Below, in pieces: positions 1 through 23,600 of a stretch of DNA of 64,000 bases (within the stretch, counting starts at the first letter, position 1; each line of letters opens with the position of its first letter). Location of the stretch: contig NW_020846475.1 in the NCBI RefSeq assembly GCF_003704095.1, forward strand, positions 620,001-684,000, written 5' to 3'. The notes under the pieces are model-generated. The model was not told the origin of the DNA, made no database searches, and saw only the letters and a list, made by a program, of their open reading frames with translations. Source of the DNA: Pocillopora damicornis. Taxonomy: Eukaryota. Made by a program: the position numbers and the translations under genes.

Positions 1-1134
1 ATCCACGATTATTGAAATTATTCAAACCCGTTCCACCCTCAACCCTCCCCCTTAGCTCAGGTTTATGCCCTTTTTGCTATGATGTGCTCTGTAATTCGCG
101 ATGATAAAAAATGTTAGACCCTCTTCCTCCCTCTTTCTTTGCTCAGTTCTGCGTCTGTTATCCTGTGATGAAGTCTAATGTATTATACTATTGTTAGTAT
201 CATGGAATTAGTGACAGAAGACTTCACGCTGCTGAAAGGACTTTTTTTCGGGTTGTGGCATAACAATATTTGTTTCCAATGTTGCCAGGATGGTATCGTT
301 TTATTTAAGTAAACAAACCCACGCGCGCATACGTCGGAGTATTACGTGGGAAGAACCTGTGATGACTGTGGTTTTCCGAGCTGAGAAGCGTAATAAAATG
401 CCAAGGGGGTATTTTTAGACTGCCCATCCAGATGAAACAGAAACAGCTTTTATGCCAAATGTTTACATGGTCAGCCTGAGTAAGTTGGAACGACAAACTT
501 TCATAGTAACAATAGCAATATGCTTGCATCACACCGATAAATATGCTTTTAACAACGCCAGGGATTAAGATGAGCCCATGTTGATTATTAACCGATGCCA
601 AAATTGGTTGGAAATAAGACATATTGGTGTTCTTATTGTCCTGGGACAACATCAAAACGTTGAGTCAAAACTGCCTCGACGCCTTTTAAGCACGATTTTA
701 TGTTTGGAAAAAATCTATCTATTTCTGATTTAGCACCTACCAAGATCGATGAACAAACTCATCCGCCTGATTTTGCGTTAACCAACACTGAATAATACTC
801 TGCACCAGGATCAAGCTGTTGATCCAAATCTGATTGCCCTTCAGACCCACTTTGGGCTGAAATAGTATTCCACTGGAATAGCTGACATTGCCATTTTTTA
901 AAAAATCTTTGATTCTGAAGGAGCACGTTTTTTTGGTCCCAAATTAGATAAAATGAGGAGGGAAGTTTCAACAATTTCCGTTTCACCTGCACTGAATGAC
1001 GCTTGAATGACGTCATGCGTTAATTTCCCAGAGAACTTCCTTTGTTGAAGTCTGTTCATGTCAATCCGACTTAATGAAATATGTCACCAAAAATATGAAA
1101 AACATGTTCTCAATTTTATATTGTCCTTTTAGTG

Positions 1135-1346
1135 TTAACCCTTTAACCCCCATAAGTGACCAAGACAGAATTTCTCCTCACAATATCAATACAATCTCAA
1201 GCAGACAAGTGATGGGAATAAAAAAATATATCAATTAGGAGATTAAAAGTTGATCCAATATCAAATTCTCCCAGCTAACATCACAAGAATTGTATGGCAG
1301 ATAGTAAGGAGTATTATTTATGAGATCTTGGGTGTTAAAGGGTTAT
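1135..1346. mobile_element. ~210-bp TTAA MITE (piggyBac-like), subfamily A
   Basis: Ends TTAA-CCCTTTAAC...GTTAAAGGG-TTAT; interior is the reverse complement of the copies at 18089, 28708 and 41005. Confidence 0.85.
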
Positions 1347-1889
1347 GCATAAGTTTTTGACATCTTCGTCTATCGGTAGATGATGTTAGTCTTGAAGGAA
1401 CTTGTTAGTTTATTTAAAACCGCAGATTACGTAGGGAAGGGCCGATACGATCTATTAAATGCGAAAAATAATACAGTAACACACCAGTAATTCCCTGATT
1501 GAAGTTCTTTAAGGACTTGTTCCAAGACTTGACACTTGATTTAATATCAGGTGAACTCACGGGTCCGTGACAACGTCTAAACATTTAGATGTTCGTGAAT
1601 TACAAAGCAAAAATCGTTCATAGACATCATTAATCTTTTATGGGTAAAGATCAATCTACACCAGCCGAAAAAAATTGTGAAATGTTAAGATAATCGGTGA
1701 AATTTATACATGCCAAGCTCTAAGCAAGTACACCACCGTTAATTCAATGTAAAAGTTTGAAAGTAGAGTGGCTAATTTCCTTCTAGCTTATTTACTTCCG
1801 TACTTCTCTGTAAAATTATCGGAATTTAAAAGAAAAGCAACACGGTCGGACAAAAAAAACCTATCACTTATGCGTGAGAATCTTTGTTT

Positions 1890-2010
1890 GTATGCTGACG
1901 TGATGAATGTCACTCTTCAACGGAAGATCGACTTATAGTGACGTCACTTAAATGTTAAGCGTCAGACAACACAGTACAGAAAACAAAACAAACCTTACTG
2001 ACGTCTGTTT
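1890..2010. promoter_or_regulatory. Cluster of CRE/ATF-type motifs
   Basis: Palindromic AGTGACGTCACT at 1937-1948, plus TGACG half-sites at 1896, 1960 (reverse) and 1999; another TGACGTCA at 1008-1015. Confidence 0.4.
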
Positions 2011-4778
2011 TCAAATTTGGGAAGAACGGGAGTGGTTAGAAAAATTCACGAAATGGTCTCAATAACAAATTTTGTACAGTAATGTTATATAAGATAACAC
2101 GATATCTATATTTCCAAGTGTCCTTCTTCACCGCGAATAATCTTTGACCGGAAATAAATGAAATCTTCCTAATTGTGATCAATTCCCTTCAACCAGTAGT
2201 TTTTTTTTCCCGAAATGGATTTCTGCCTGTCCAGCTGTTTTCAACGTGTTGCAGGAGAATCACGCACGCATAGGAAATCAAAATTATGCACGCTTCGTCA
2301 CAAAAAAAAATAGTTCGCAGTTGCACGAGGAAGCTTTCCATGACAATTTTTATCTTGACCTCAAGTTTTCCGAGGCATTTTTGAGAGAAAAATATGACCG
2401 GTCGCTTGGAAAACTTAAAATTTTTTTAGAGGAGATTTTTCTGAGGTAAAACTTGGCTAGAACGATATCACTTGATCGACTTGATCACGACAGTTGCCAA
2501 GGGAACTGTGAAGAGTGAACATGTAAGCACAATTTTCCCTTGAAAAGTGTCGGCGACAAGCACAACTTTTTCTCTAAGACATTAAATTCTTGAGCCAAAA
2601 TTGAAGTAAGGTGTCTCAAAAAAGCGAAAAGCTAAACAAATCAAAACAAAAGAAAAAACAAATAAATGTGTTGACAAGGATACCTTGAAATAACTCCTGT
2701 GCTATATTTGTACCCGGAATTTACATTAGGTGCGATTCATCGTAACCAATACTTACCCGTCCGCATTTCATAACCTACCGAGCATATTTTTGCACGTGAT
2801 GCTTTGACTTCATTCCGGGTGCTTCCTGTGAAGGCGTTAAGAAATCATTTGCAACGGAAAGCGAGAACAAGGTCCTGTTTTCGCTTTCCGATATTTCCAT
2901 GAGAATGAAAATCTTAAACCCCAAAAGCAATACTTTTCCTGAACGTTTGAAAGGATCACGCCAACACCACGTAGTGTAGAGGTAAAATTCCTTCTAGTTA
3001 AAACCACCAACTGACTTGGATTTGACGTGGTTAAACGAAATTGCTTTGGCTAAATGGAACATAACTTATAACAAAGAGGATTATTCTTTTTACTTTTAGA
3101 ATAGCTAATAAGTACACCTTACCGACAGCCTTGATTTCCTCTGCATAAACAATAAAAACAGAAAGAAGAAAACTTCAGTAGTTTCCCCAAATTGTACAAC
3201 AAATACTTTAGGTTAAAAAGACAACCAAGAATTAGGTTCAGCGCACGAAGGACCTTTGTGAGGAATCTGTATTAGGACCTTTAAAAAAGAGCCCTCTCCG
3301 ATCGTTTTTTGAGGGGGCGGGGCCCAAGAGGCGCACTTATTGGCTAGTCAATTTATCGATAATTAGGTAACAAGAAAATAAGTTCCCATTATTTTCTTTT
3401 GTAATACACAATACTGCTCTCCCATGGTATCTGACTCGGCACATCTTGCTGGAGTTTGCGTTCTTCACTGACGACCAGGATGTTTACTTTTTGATATTAC
3501 GTTGCGGAATAAACCACTTGATATTGGCGCTCTCTCACACCAAATAATCATGTGGTCGCTAATCTTGCACAGGGGCCGGTTTTCCACTATTTCCGATGGA
3601 CTTTGCTTTGAAGAGGGGGCTTTTTACCGAAATCAATAACAAGACAATAATTGCCGGAAAAGATTCTTCTCCAAGAAAATATATTTGCTGAAAACTTGCC
3701 AAACCACGTTGCTTTTTTTTTCTGTTGCCTCCCTTCAAGCTGTTATCAATAGTTTCTCTCTCTGCGTCTGTTGATTTTATGGAACTTTTCTCTTCAAAAG
3801 TGCTCGTTTCTTCTTTACATCAAAATGAAGATGGAGTGTATAGGTGCAATTTCTACTTTATTGTAATCATTTGAACTGATGATCAATAAACTTTCTCGAG
3901 AGTTAGGTGTGTTTTTTTTAAGAGGAGCGAGAATCTAGACTAGCTATGGAGGGTTAAACTTTGAAATTTGAATTATGTTTGAACATGCCCAGCCTTAAAT
4001 AATCGGGCATTTTACGAAAAAGCTCTTACACGGGATTCAAAATCAAAACCCACACTTAATCACTTGCTGCGCTTCGTCTCCCTTGAGTAATTTCGTTGTA
4101 TAATGATCAGGGAGGGGTAGGTGGGGCAGTTCTAGAATTTTCGACAGTCCGCTTTCACTGATCATTCGCTGCAATTTTGCATCAACTTAAAGCCAATGAA
4201 ACTAAAAATTGGGAAAATATTTACTCTCATCCTCTTTGCAACTATCTGGGTGCTTCTTTGTTCTTCCAAGATACATCTTACACTACTACCAGCACGTAGC
4301 AGATTAGTTTTGCGACCTGCGTCACTGTCGCCCCACTTCCTGTCGAGGTCACGTTTCCCGTCAGCATGGCGTGACACGCTTTGTAAACATTTTCTTTGTT
4401 ATGTAATGATTCAATAAAATGCAATATTTACAGGACGCACAACCACACCTGTTATTGTAGTGTCACTTTCACGGGGTCGCACTCCAAAGCAGTGGGTGAA
4501 CAGCTTTTGTGAATGTGTCTTCCTTCTAGAGAATGCTCTCCGCGGCCGTCCTTAGTGGTTTCTTCTCTGCCCACAGCGTCTCACGATCTCATGAGATTAT
4601 TCTAAGCCGACTTAGTTACTCCGTTGGGAATTTTGAGAGACTGACTAATGATCATGAGGATCTATGCGTTTCGTGAAATTGAAGTGAAATTGCTTCCATC
4701 TCGAATTTTTGATAACACACTTACTCCAGCAGTGTAAGTAAATAATGGAGAAATATAACGGTTCTTGGATCAAGCTAG

Positions 4779-4898
4779 NNNNNNNNNNNNNNNNNNNNNN
4801 NNNNNNNNNNNNNNNNNNNNNNNNNNNNNNNNNNNNNNNNNNNNNNNNNNNNNNNNNNNNNNNNNNNNNNNNNNNNNNNNNNNNNNNNNNNNNNNNNN
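4779..4898. other. Assembly gap (120 N)
   Basis: Run of N. Confidence 1.
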
Positions 4899-7607
4899 GT
4901 TAAATCTTAGCGTGAGTTCGACGGGTTAGCTCACCGCAGACTAATGAACCTCACTCAGAGAATGATAGTTATATATAGAAATATATTGATTCAGTTCTTG
5001 AAAAGGATTGTGGACGATTTATCCAGCTATTAAAAAAGCATGAATTGAAAGCCAAATGCTGCTAGTTTTTTAATGTGAAGGCCACATGACAGATATGACT
5101 TTTATCTCATGATAAATGCTCTCGCAGGAAGGGAGGAAGGAAACAGAAAGTTAACACTGGCGCGGTTTTCGATTTGCTGAGTTCCCCCTTGAGTTCAAGC
5201 CCCAATAACAACCTTTAGAAGTTAAAATAAAGAAAAGCATACCTACAGTTGTTATATCGCATGGGTGATTTATTCTTTTAAATTTAGTAAAATCTTGATC
5301 AGTAGCAAGTTATTACTTGAGGTTTTTGTTGCACTGGGGTTAAATTATCGCCATGCCATTACAGAACTGTCTGAACACAACGGAAGTGTCGGAAAAGCAC
5401 GCTCTCCAAAGTTAGTTTTTTTTGAGCTGTGACTGCCAATATTGAAAGGTTAATCTTGGAAAAAATGCTAGAAATGTCACCCAGCTGACCGCATAAACTT
5501 ATTGTGAGCTGACAAACTTACACTTCTTCCTTCTGGCAGGATGGCGACTGTCATCTGTTTATAATAAGTTTAATGGCTTCCTTCCCAGCTATTTACAAAT
5601 GAACAGCTGCATCTGAAATGTTTATCAATGCCGCTAGGTGTTCAGTGAATTTTATTTTAGGTCGCGGATCACCTGCTTATTTGCCAACAACTTGTCCGAT
5701 GTCTGCAATTTCTGCCAAAAAAAATTCTTGTTTCTTACGCAATGCGATCCCCCGTTGCGAGTTAATTCCAGTGATCACTTATTTTTTAAGTTTTAGCTCG
5801 GAAAATTCGTATAGAATCAAGTGGTGGATGTGGGTCTTAATTTTGTATTACTGTTATTTCTCGTGACGTGGCCATGTGTCCGCGTGACTGTTCAATGAGC
5901 TTTGGTAAAGGTAACCATGTCTGTCACATTTAAATAGCCTCGAAATCACGTGAGTTTGACTCAAGATTTCTTTCGCTTGTATTAAATTTGGGGCATTTCT
6001 CAGTTTATTGAACAAATACCTTCATTTGCCTTTTTAGTTTCCACATCTGTATTATCTACATCTGTAAACATTTGTCCTTAAAAATAAAACATGCGTTTCG
6101 ATTTCCTTTCGCTCTTAAGAGGTAACGCCTGAAGTTTCTTGGTACCTTAAAAGTGCAAGTTGTCGAGGCTATTTATAGAACATGGATTTGGGAGAATTCT
6201 TAACCCTTTCGTTCAGTAAGTTATTCCAAGTAATTTTCATGACCGGTTAATCGTATGATTATGTTACTAAGGTTGGAGTATTTTCACTAATAAATTCTAA
6301 ATCGCGGAAACCACAACACAGCTTTGAGCTTCTATTAAAAGCATCTGGTTTATCAGCGATGACGTAATCGCCTCAAGGGAAAGTTCCGGAAACTGTTGAG
6401 GGGAGTTGTATGCAAATTTACTGTTGTTACTTCATAGCCTAACATAAAAATTCGCCCGATCTACGTGCCGGAGAGTTACGATCTGATATTGGACTGCTGT
6501 TCTTATTACAGAAGCTTAAAGCGGTATTTCAACAGCGTGAATTTTGTCATATTTGCTTGTGGTAAAAAGGGAAAAACGTGGATGAGTCGCTTCTGAACTC
6601 GTGAAGATGGTCAACATGGTAAGATTTACTGTCATCTTCTCAGTCAACTAATTAGTACGGCGTTTCATAGCTTGTAAGTTTTACATCAGGGCGATTTTAT
6701 GTTGTAGTTAGATTTTCTATTTCGCCTTGAATCTAATCCATGTTCCGTGAAGAAACCGAAACAGTAGCGTAATGGGAATCGAGACAAAATTGACTGAGGT
6801 CGCGGCATGATTTCCTTTATTTACAGCAAGGAAGGTTGACTTGATTTCGTGACTTGCCGGTATAAAGTGAGATGTTTGGCGGAGCTAAGCGGAGTATATT
6901 TGGAACACAAAACGGATGGTTGATTTCTCAAACGGCAATTTGGTGGAAAAGAAAAAAAGCTGTTAAGAAGCGATTTAAAATGTAAAACTGATAATCGCCC
7001 ATTGAAATAATTTTTACAAGAGATTTACTGTTCTTGAAATGTCTGTGGTCAAAATTATCTTCAGCGTTCGCCCATGCCATTTATTAATCAGAGGCAGGTA
7101 ATGGTATATTTGAAGCGGACGCTATTTGTTTCGATCATAGTATTTATAAGTATTGCCCCTAAAAGTGAAAACTACTTTCATTAGGACAGAAAGCGTAAAT
7201 CTATGTAAATTTTTCGGTTTAGCGTAAAAGATCTCATGTCAGAGATATTTACTTGGTTAAATAATCATGCTTAAGTCAATTTATTAACGATTTAAATATT
7301 TCTTGTCGATCGTTATAAACCACGCCATTGACACTATTCTTTCTTATGTACATCAGCTTTATCTACTGGTTAAACCATAACAACTGCTACCGGTAAAATT
7401 ACACGCGCAAAAATTATTATGTTTTGTCTCAAAAGTTCGCTGCGTTAGTGGTATTTCCGGTTCCGGTTTTGGATGAAATAGTTTGGCGTGGCTTAGTTAG
7501 CCTCGTTTTGATAGCCGAGCTTGTTCAAGGAAACCGTGTTTTTGGAACAGTGACTCATTTCGGTAGTCAAGAAGAGGAATTGGGTTGGGAACGTGGAGAA
7601 ATTCAAC

Positions 7608-17869
<10,262 letters not shown>

Positions 17870-18088
17870 ACGATGGGGCGTTTTTTGTACGCACTCATCC
17901 TTTTGTAATGATACTTTGGTACGTGTTATAGATAAGAACATTTTTTACGTTCTTGAACAAGTGAGATATAGATAACCCACAAAACCTTCGTTATCTCCAT
18001 CCATCTGGGTGCAGTGTCCCGTATGACGAGACCAAGTTGATGCAACAGTCATCGCGGGCTCACTTGATACTCCATACGGAGTTTTGGT

Positions 18089-18300
18089 TCAACCCTTTAA
18101 CTCCCAAGATCTCATTAGTAATTCTCCTTACTGTCTGCCATATAGTTCTTGTGATGTTAGTTCAAAGAATTTGGTACTGGATCAACTAATAATCCTCTAA
18201 TTGATATTGTTCTTTATTCTCATTGCTTGTCCACTTGACATCGTATCGATATTGTAAGGAGAAATTCTGTCTTTGTCACTCGCGGGAGTTAAAGGGTTAT
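18089..18300. mobile_element. ~210-bp TTAA MITE, subfamily A, in presumed RSK 3' UTR
   Basis: AACCCTTTAACTCCCAAGATCTCATTAGTAATTCTCC...GGGAGTTAAAGGGTTA; start is near-identical to the copy at 28708. Confidence 0.88.
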
Positions 18301-19570
18301 AACGTATGGTGATGCTCTCCTCAGGTTGTTTGTCTTCGAGAGGAGAAAACGTTGTTTTGTTGGCTAAGACTGTAAAGTAAAACGAATTGATTTTTGCGTG
18401 GTACATATTTATATAGATTGCAGTTAAGCGTAGTTGGTTCAGAAAATAGAAAACAATTTCATTCGGCCAAGACATGTCACTTATCAATTTTTGCCACTAG
18501 GGAATTTTGCTTACTAACGACTTCTAGGCGCAAAATTCTTAATTCTTGAAACAAAAATACTTGTATTATGCGACTGATAAGAAATTTTCGTATCATTGAG
18601 AAAAATTTTTACAAGAATATACCACTAAATTCGTACACTAGAAAGATTTATCACGGGGAGGATCACGAAACACTTGGATAGAAAAAAAAAATCACATTTT
18701 AAAAAAAATTTAGTTTCTTTTCTAGCCAAGAGTTATAATGGAGAGGGTACAATTGGTTCATTTGATATTAGGGTATCGGAAAAAGAGGCCGAGAATGTAG
18801 TCATGTAACATAAACAAGTAAAAAAGCTTAATTCAAAATTTTCCGTCTGAAGGTAAAGGCTGACCATTTAAAAATGTTAACCAGTTTAGTTTAGAGTACA
18901 AATATTCATTATTTTTCCCAGAAAGTAGTAAAGTGTGTCAATTTGAAAGTGAAAATATTCAGACCTATTTTGTACACCACAAGTCATGAGTATTTTTCTA
19001 TGTTTTCAGGGCAGTTTTCTCACAAACTTTGTATAATGTTTGTACACATTGTAGGTTAAATTCAACATGCATTGGTAATGTACATGGGTGTCTTAGGGGT
19101 GAAGCTTTTGAAAAATAATGGATATCACAATGCAGACATTAGTTTAAATAAAATTATTGATTGACTAGATGGCGTGTGCTCCATCTCTTTCTTTGAGTAG
19201 AATTTTCGAGCTGTTTTTTTGAGCTTAGATTAGAAACTCCTGGTTGTTTGTTTTTTTATGTTTCTCTTGAAACTTTGTTAGGAATTCACACATTATTTTT
19301 GAGAACTACTATAGTGATGTTGATGTAAGGATTAGACGTAAAGGAATTGAGTTTTTTGCTATGTCAATAAAATTACATCAAGATTAAAAAAAATAAATTT
19401 TAGTTTTGTTCCAAAAGCCTGGCGAAAATAAGTAGTAAGGTTGAAATCTATCATTTGTGGAATCTTGTTGTGTGCATCCACAACGCTCCAATTTTGAATT
19501 AGCTATCTTTTGTTATCATGTTAAAGAGTATAACCTTGAGCTGGTTAAGCTGATGAATTCAAACTTTGTA

Positions 19571-19576
19571 AATAAA
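19571..19576 (+). terminator. Candidate RSK polyadenylation signal (alternatives at 19366 and 19392)
   Basis: AATAAA followed by GT/T-rich sequence, just before the CpG-rich VPS13 upstream region. Confidence 0.45.
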
Positions 19577-20664
19577 ATTATATCTTTGTCGTTGTATTTT
19601 TCTGCCCCCTGACTCTGTTGAATATACGAAAGATTATAAGGAATTAGTTTAATTCTTTAATAAACTTCGTAAAGTTTACAGGCGTAGAGGCGATCTACTC
19701 TCACGCGACCCGTTGACCACGTACATACCCTACGTCCTAATACACACGCCAGGAGCGCGTGTCGATTAAAGACTCGAATCTCCACGTGCAAACCATGACA
19801 GGTCTAAAAGGAGAATCGTGCAATTCAACTCCTTGGAAAACGCGTGACTTTATTCAAATCGTATTGGAGAGTCGCACGGTGAATAAGTTAACCGTAAAAA
19901 TGTTTCTGTTGACTTTATCGGGAAGAAATTAACTGTTAGCTGTAAAAGTCATCACCCCATTGAGACCCTCATATACACCAACGGTGATAATTACGTGGGT
20001 TAGAATTTCCGCATAAGGGAAATTTAGCCTAAATGTATGCTGAAAAGCTATAATATAAAACTGTTGTGGAATTTTTGTTCGGAGCTACCTTCTATAAGTC
20101 TATTAAACCCGCAGAAAGATAAGCATATAATGACAGCTGTATCAGATACCGTAATGGAGACCGAGAATTGAATGCGTCAAGCTGAACATAACCTTTCCCT
20201 GATAAACATCTTTAGTTTTATGTTCTATTCTTCAATCAAAGTCGTGTGTGCACTATCAGCTATTCCTTTGGCGCGCTTTCTGCAGAGCTAAAGAAGCCTC
20301 GCTTTCATGCTAACTCGATCCACTCTTTCCTCCTTTGGCGTAACAATTCCTCTCTTTTTGCAACCTGGACATATTTGTCAGCAGTTTATTTATTGGAACG
20401 GATCCATCAGAAAGTGGGAATCGTCTTTCTCCGTTTCCTAAATCGATGTGTGTGGAAGTTATTTGTCGCTAATTTTCACGTCTTTTATGCAATGCAAATA
20501 TTTAGCAGGACACTCGTTTCAGCTGTGTTATCGTAACTATCAGCTGTGAATCTGTGACAAATCTTTGAGGAAGCTCCAGGGCTTGATTAAAGCTTCACAA
20601 CGGAAATTTTTTTGTGCAAAGTTCTTTGCTTTAGGATCTGAGCCGAAGTGTTTTGAGAGAAGAC

Positions 20665-23600
20665 ATGTTAGACTCCCTCGTTGCATCGATCTTGAATGGA
20701 GTTCTCGGAAAATACATCAAAGATTTAGACAGCTCGAATCTCGAACTCGGAATTTTTAGTGGTAAGCGAACTTTTAATTACATTACTACTTCAGCTTAAG
20801 TATAAAACGAAAGCAGTATGTAAATAGGAAAATAGAGAGCTGAAGTTCTTATTTAAATGCATAGTTTTGCACAATGTAATAGGATATGTTATGATCGTGT
20901 GCGTGTCTTGTGATATATATAGCGCAGCCTTACTCCGAAAAAGCTGGAAAATGAAGCCCTGTCAAATTTATGAAGGAATTACAGTTTACTTACGGAAAGA
21001 GTTAACAAACAGAGTTAATGAGAACAGAAGCTAAATTTTTAATTACAACCGAACCCTCTAAGGAAAACTGCCCGAGGAATCAAATAGACAGCTGGATAGA
21101 GCGAGGGGAGTTCCTCTGTACTGAGTGAGCTTTTTGCAAATGTTCCCTAAGGGAAATGGCTTCACGTCCGATTCAGCTAGAAGTTCAGTTCACGTTAACT
21201 AAGTTTGACTTAGCGCCGTGCTACTTTGAGGTGCGTGCTAGGGAATATTAAGATATTTTATTTCCATATTTAATTCAAGTTGGGTGGTGTTTAGATTTCA
21301 CTTTCGTTTTCCTCTTCACTCGTTAGTGTGTTTGTGCCAAACATTGAGTTGAGCGTGACTTTGTATATTGTGTGACGCAGGTAACTTTGCGATTTGACGA
21401 TGTGATACAATTGTTTTATGTGAAGAAACTAGTGTCCAAGAGTTTGTCATTATTAACTTTATTCGTAATCATTAAACTGCACTAAGTATGATGATGTTTT
21501 AATTGCAGGGGGTTGATTGAATGTCAATTAATTCTGGAATTTGTTTTTAAGGAAATGTTGTCCTGACAGATCTTGAACTGCGAGATGATGCATTGGTAAG
21601 CTGCTAGTAAAAGGCAATTTTCACCATTCAACATGAGCCCATAAAAATCCATGAGTTTCTTAAATAGTAATGTGTATTTATAAGTAGCCCTCAGGCTTAG
21701 AAATGTTACCATTGGTTTCTGCACCAGTGCAGATTCAGAGATATTTTGCCCATGAGAAGTTTGAAAAAAATAAAAGCTACTCAGTGACTATATCCTGATC
21801 AACAAATGCTGAGTGATAAATCAATTGTTCAATTGTTGTCCATTTTTTTAATTTGTAACTATGTTATGTATAGATCAATTCCCTCTGTTATGCCAATCGA
21901 TGCCTGCACACCCATCATCAACATGCATGATGAGTATTTGTCAACAAGTTATCACAATTGAATTTGGTTATGCAAATTTACCTGCTATGTTCTAAATATT
22001 GTTTGCACTGGTTTCAAACATTTTTCAACTTTTTTCCTACTACTTGATTAAATGATGATGTGAACCACATTCTTTTTTTTTTATTCAAATCTATAATTCC
22101 CAGAAGTTATTAACGATGTAACTTCTCCCTGTAATATCCACTTATTATGTAGCAAACATGTTATGAGAATTCACTCAAATCTGTTGGGTAGAAGTGCTTA
22201 TCTGGATCTAACATTAAATTCTCGTTCCTAATTTACAAGGAAATATGTAGCAGCTAGAAAAGGGAGAATTAACAAACATATCTTTGAAGTTACGGGGTTA
22301 AAGCTAACTCTTGAACAAGAATGAATGCTCAAGAGATGGCCAGGAATATTCGCAGTCTTAATTATTAGAATGTCAGCAATTTCAAGTTTAATTTCCCTCT
22401 TGATGCAATGTTAACACTATGTTATTACACTTGCTCTTAAGGATGATTTTCATCTTCCCATAGAAGTGACACATGGCTATGTTGGTAAGTATTGTTATTT
22501 ATGCTTGTATACAAGCTGCATTTAATTTATTGTCATCAAAAATTATATGTATTTTTTAATAATCAGTATTACTGTGATTTTTGATAAAAGGGATAATTTC
22601 CTTTTGAAATACTTTATAAGTGTTTTGTTATGCTATTTAGCCTCATCATGTGTAGTAAATAATGATGATCACAGAAACATTTTTGGTTTCAAGGAAATTG
22701 TATTTAATTTTTTTTACAGCTTCCTTGAGATTGATCTTTATCAGTTTGATATCTATTTTATATTACACACTTTTGGAGTATTTATCGACAACTTGGTAAT
22801 TAAGGTAACTGTTATGGGATATGATCTCTTTTGGTATGCCTTAGTGTAACTTTTCATACATGTACTTATGTGCAGGGGAAATCTCTCTGACAATTCCATG
22901 GACTAATCTGTATACTGAGCCCTTGGACATAGCGGTGCATGATGTATATCTGATAGCAGGACCCATTCGAGGTGAGGTATCATCAATTATTTTTACCCTT
23001 TTGACCTAATATTACACTTACTGCATATCCTCTATTACAGTACACCCTGTACATTTCCTTAGAAGTTTACAACAATTATGAGCTTCTTTAGTTGGCAATT
23101 ATTTCCTTTTTTCTTGTGACCATAATGTGTGATTCAAGGGTGATATTGTTAGGGGAAATTAGATGCTATGTACTGTTACGGGTCAAAAGGTTTTTTAAAT
23201 GGTTTTACCTGCAGTACATCCTCCTTCTTATCTGTTAACTTTTCACTGTCTGTTATCCAAGCCTCTGATGACAGTGGACAGGAAATCTTTTTGTTTAAAA
23301 AGTTGCTTTGTTTCTTGAAGGCATGTAGTTTAATGCTATTTTTGGTTGCTTGTTTGGTATTTTTGCTTTTGGCCATAGAGAGAGAATATGACCCTGTGAG
23401 AGCTAATGCATCAGAACTTGCAGCTAAAAGAAAACGCCTCTCCCAGATTGAACAGCAGACTCAGGCCACAGACATCAGTGAAGGTTAACATTTTCAACTC
23501 AATGTGATGTGATAATAACACAAGTACATACATATCATGTACAGTCATGTGCTTGTACAAAATAATGTACATGACTTTATACTTTTTTTGGCTAAATGAT

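Noticed and set aside
305-1016. Minus-strand ORFs of 116 and 85 aa
   Set aside because: No recognisable domain or supporting exon chain.
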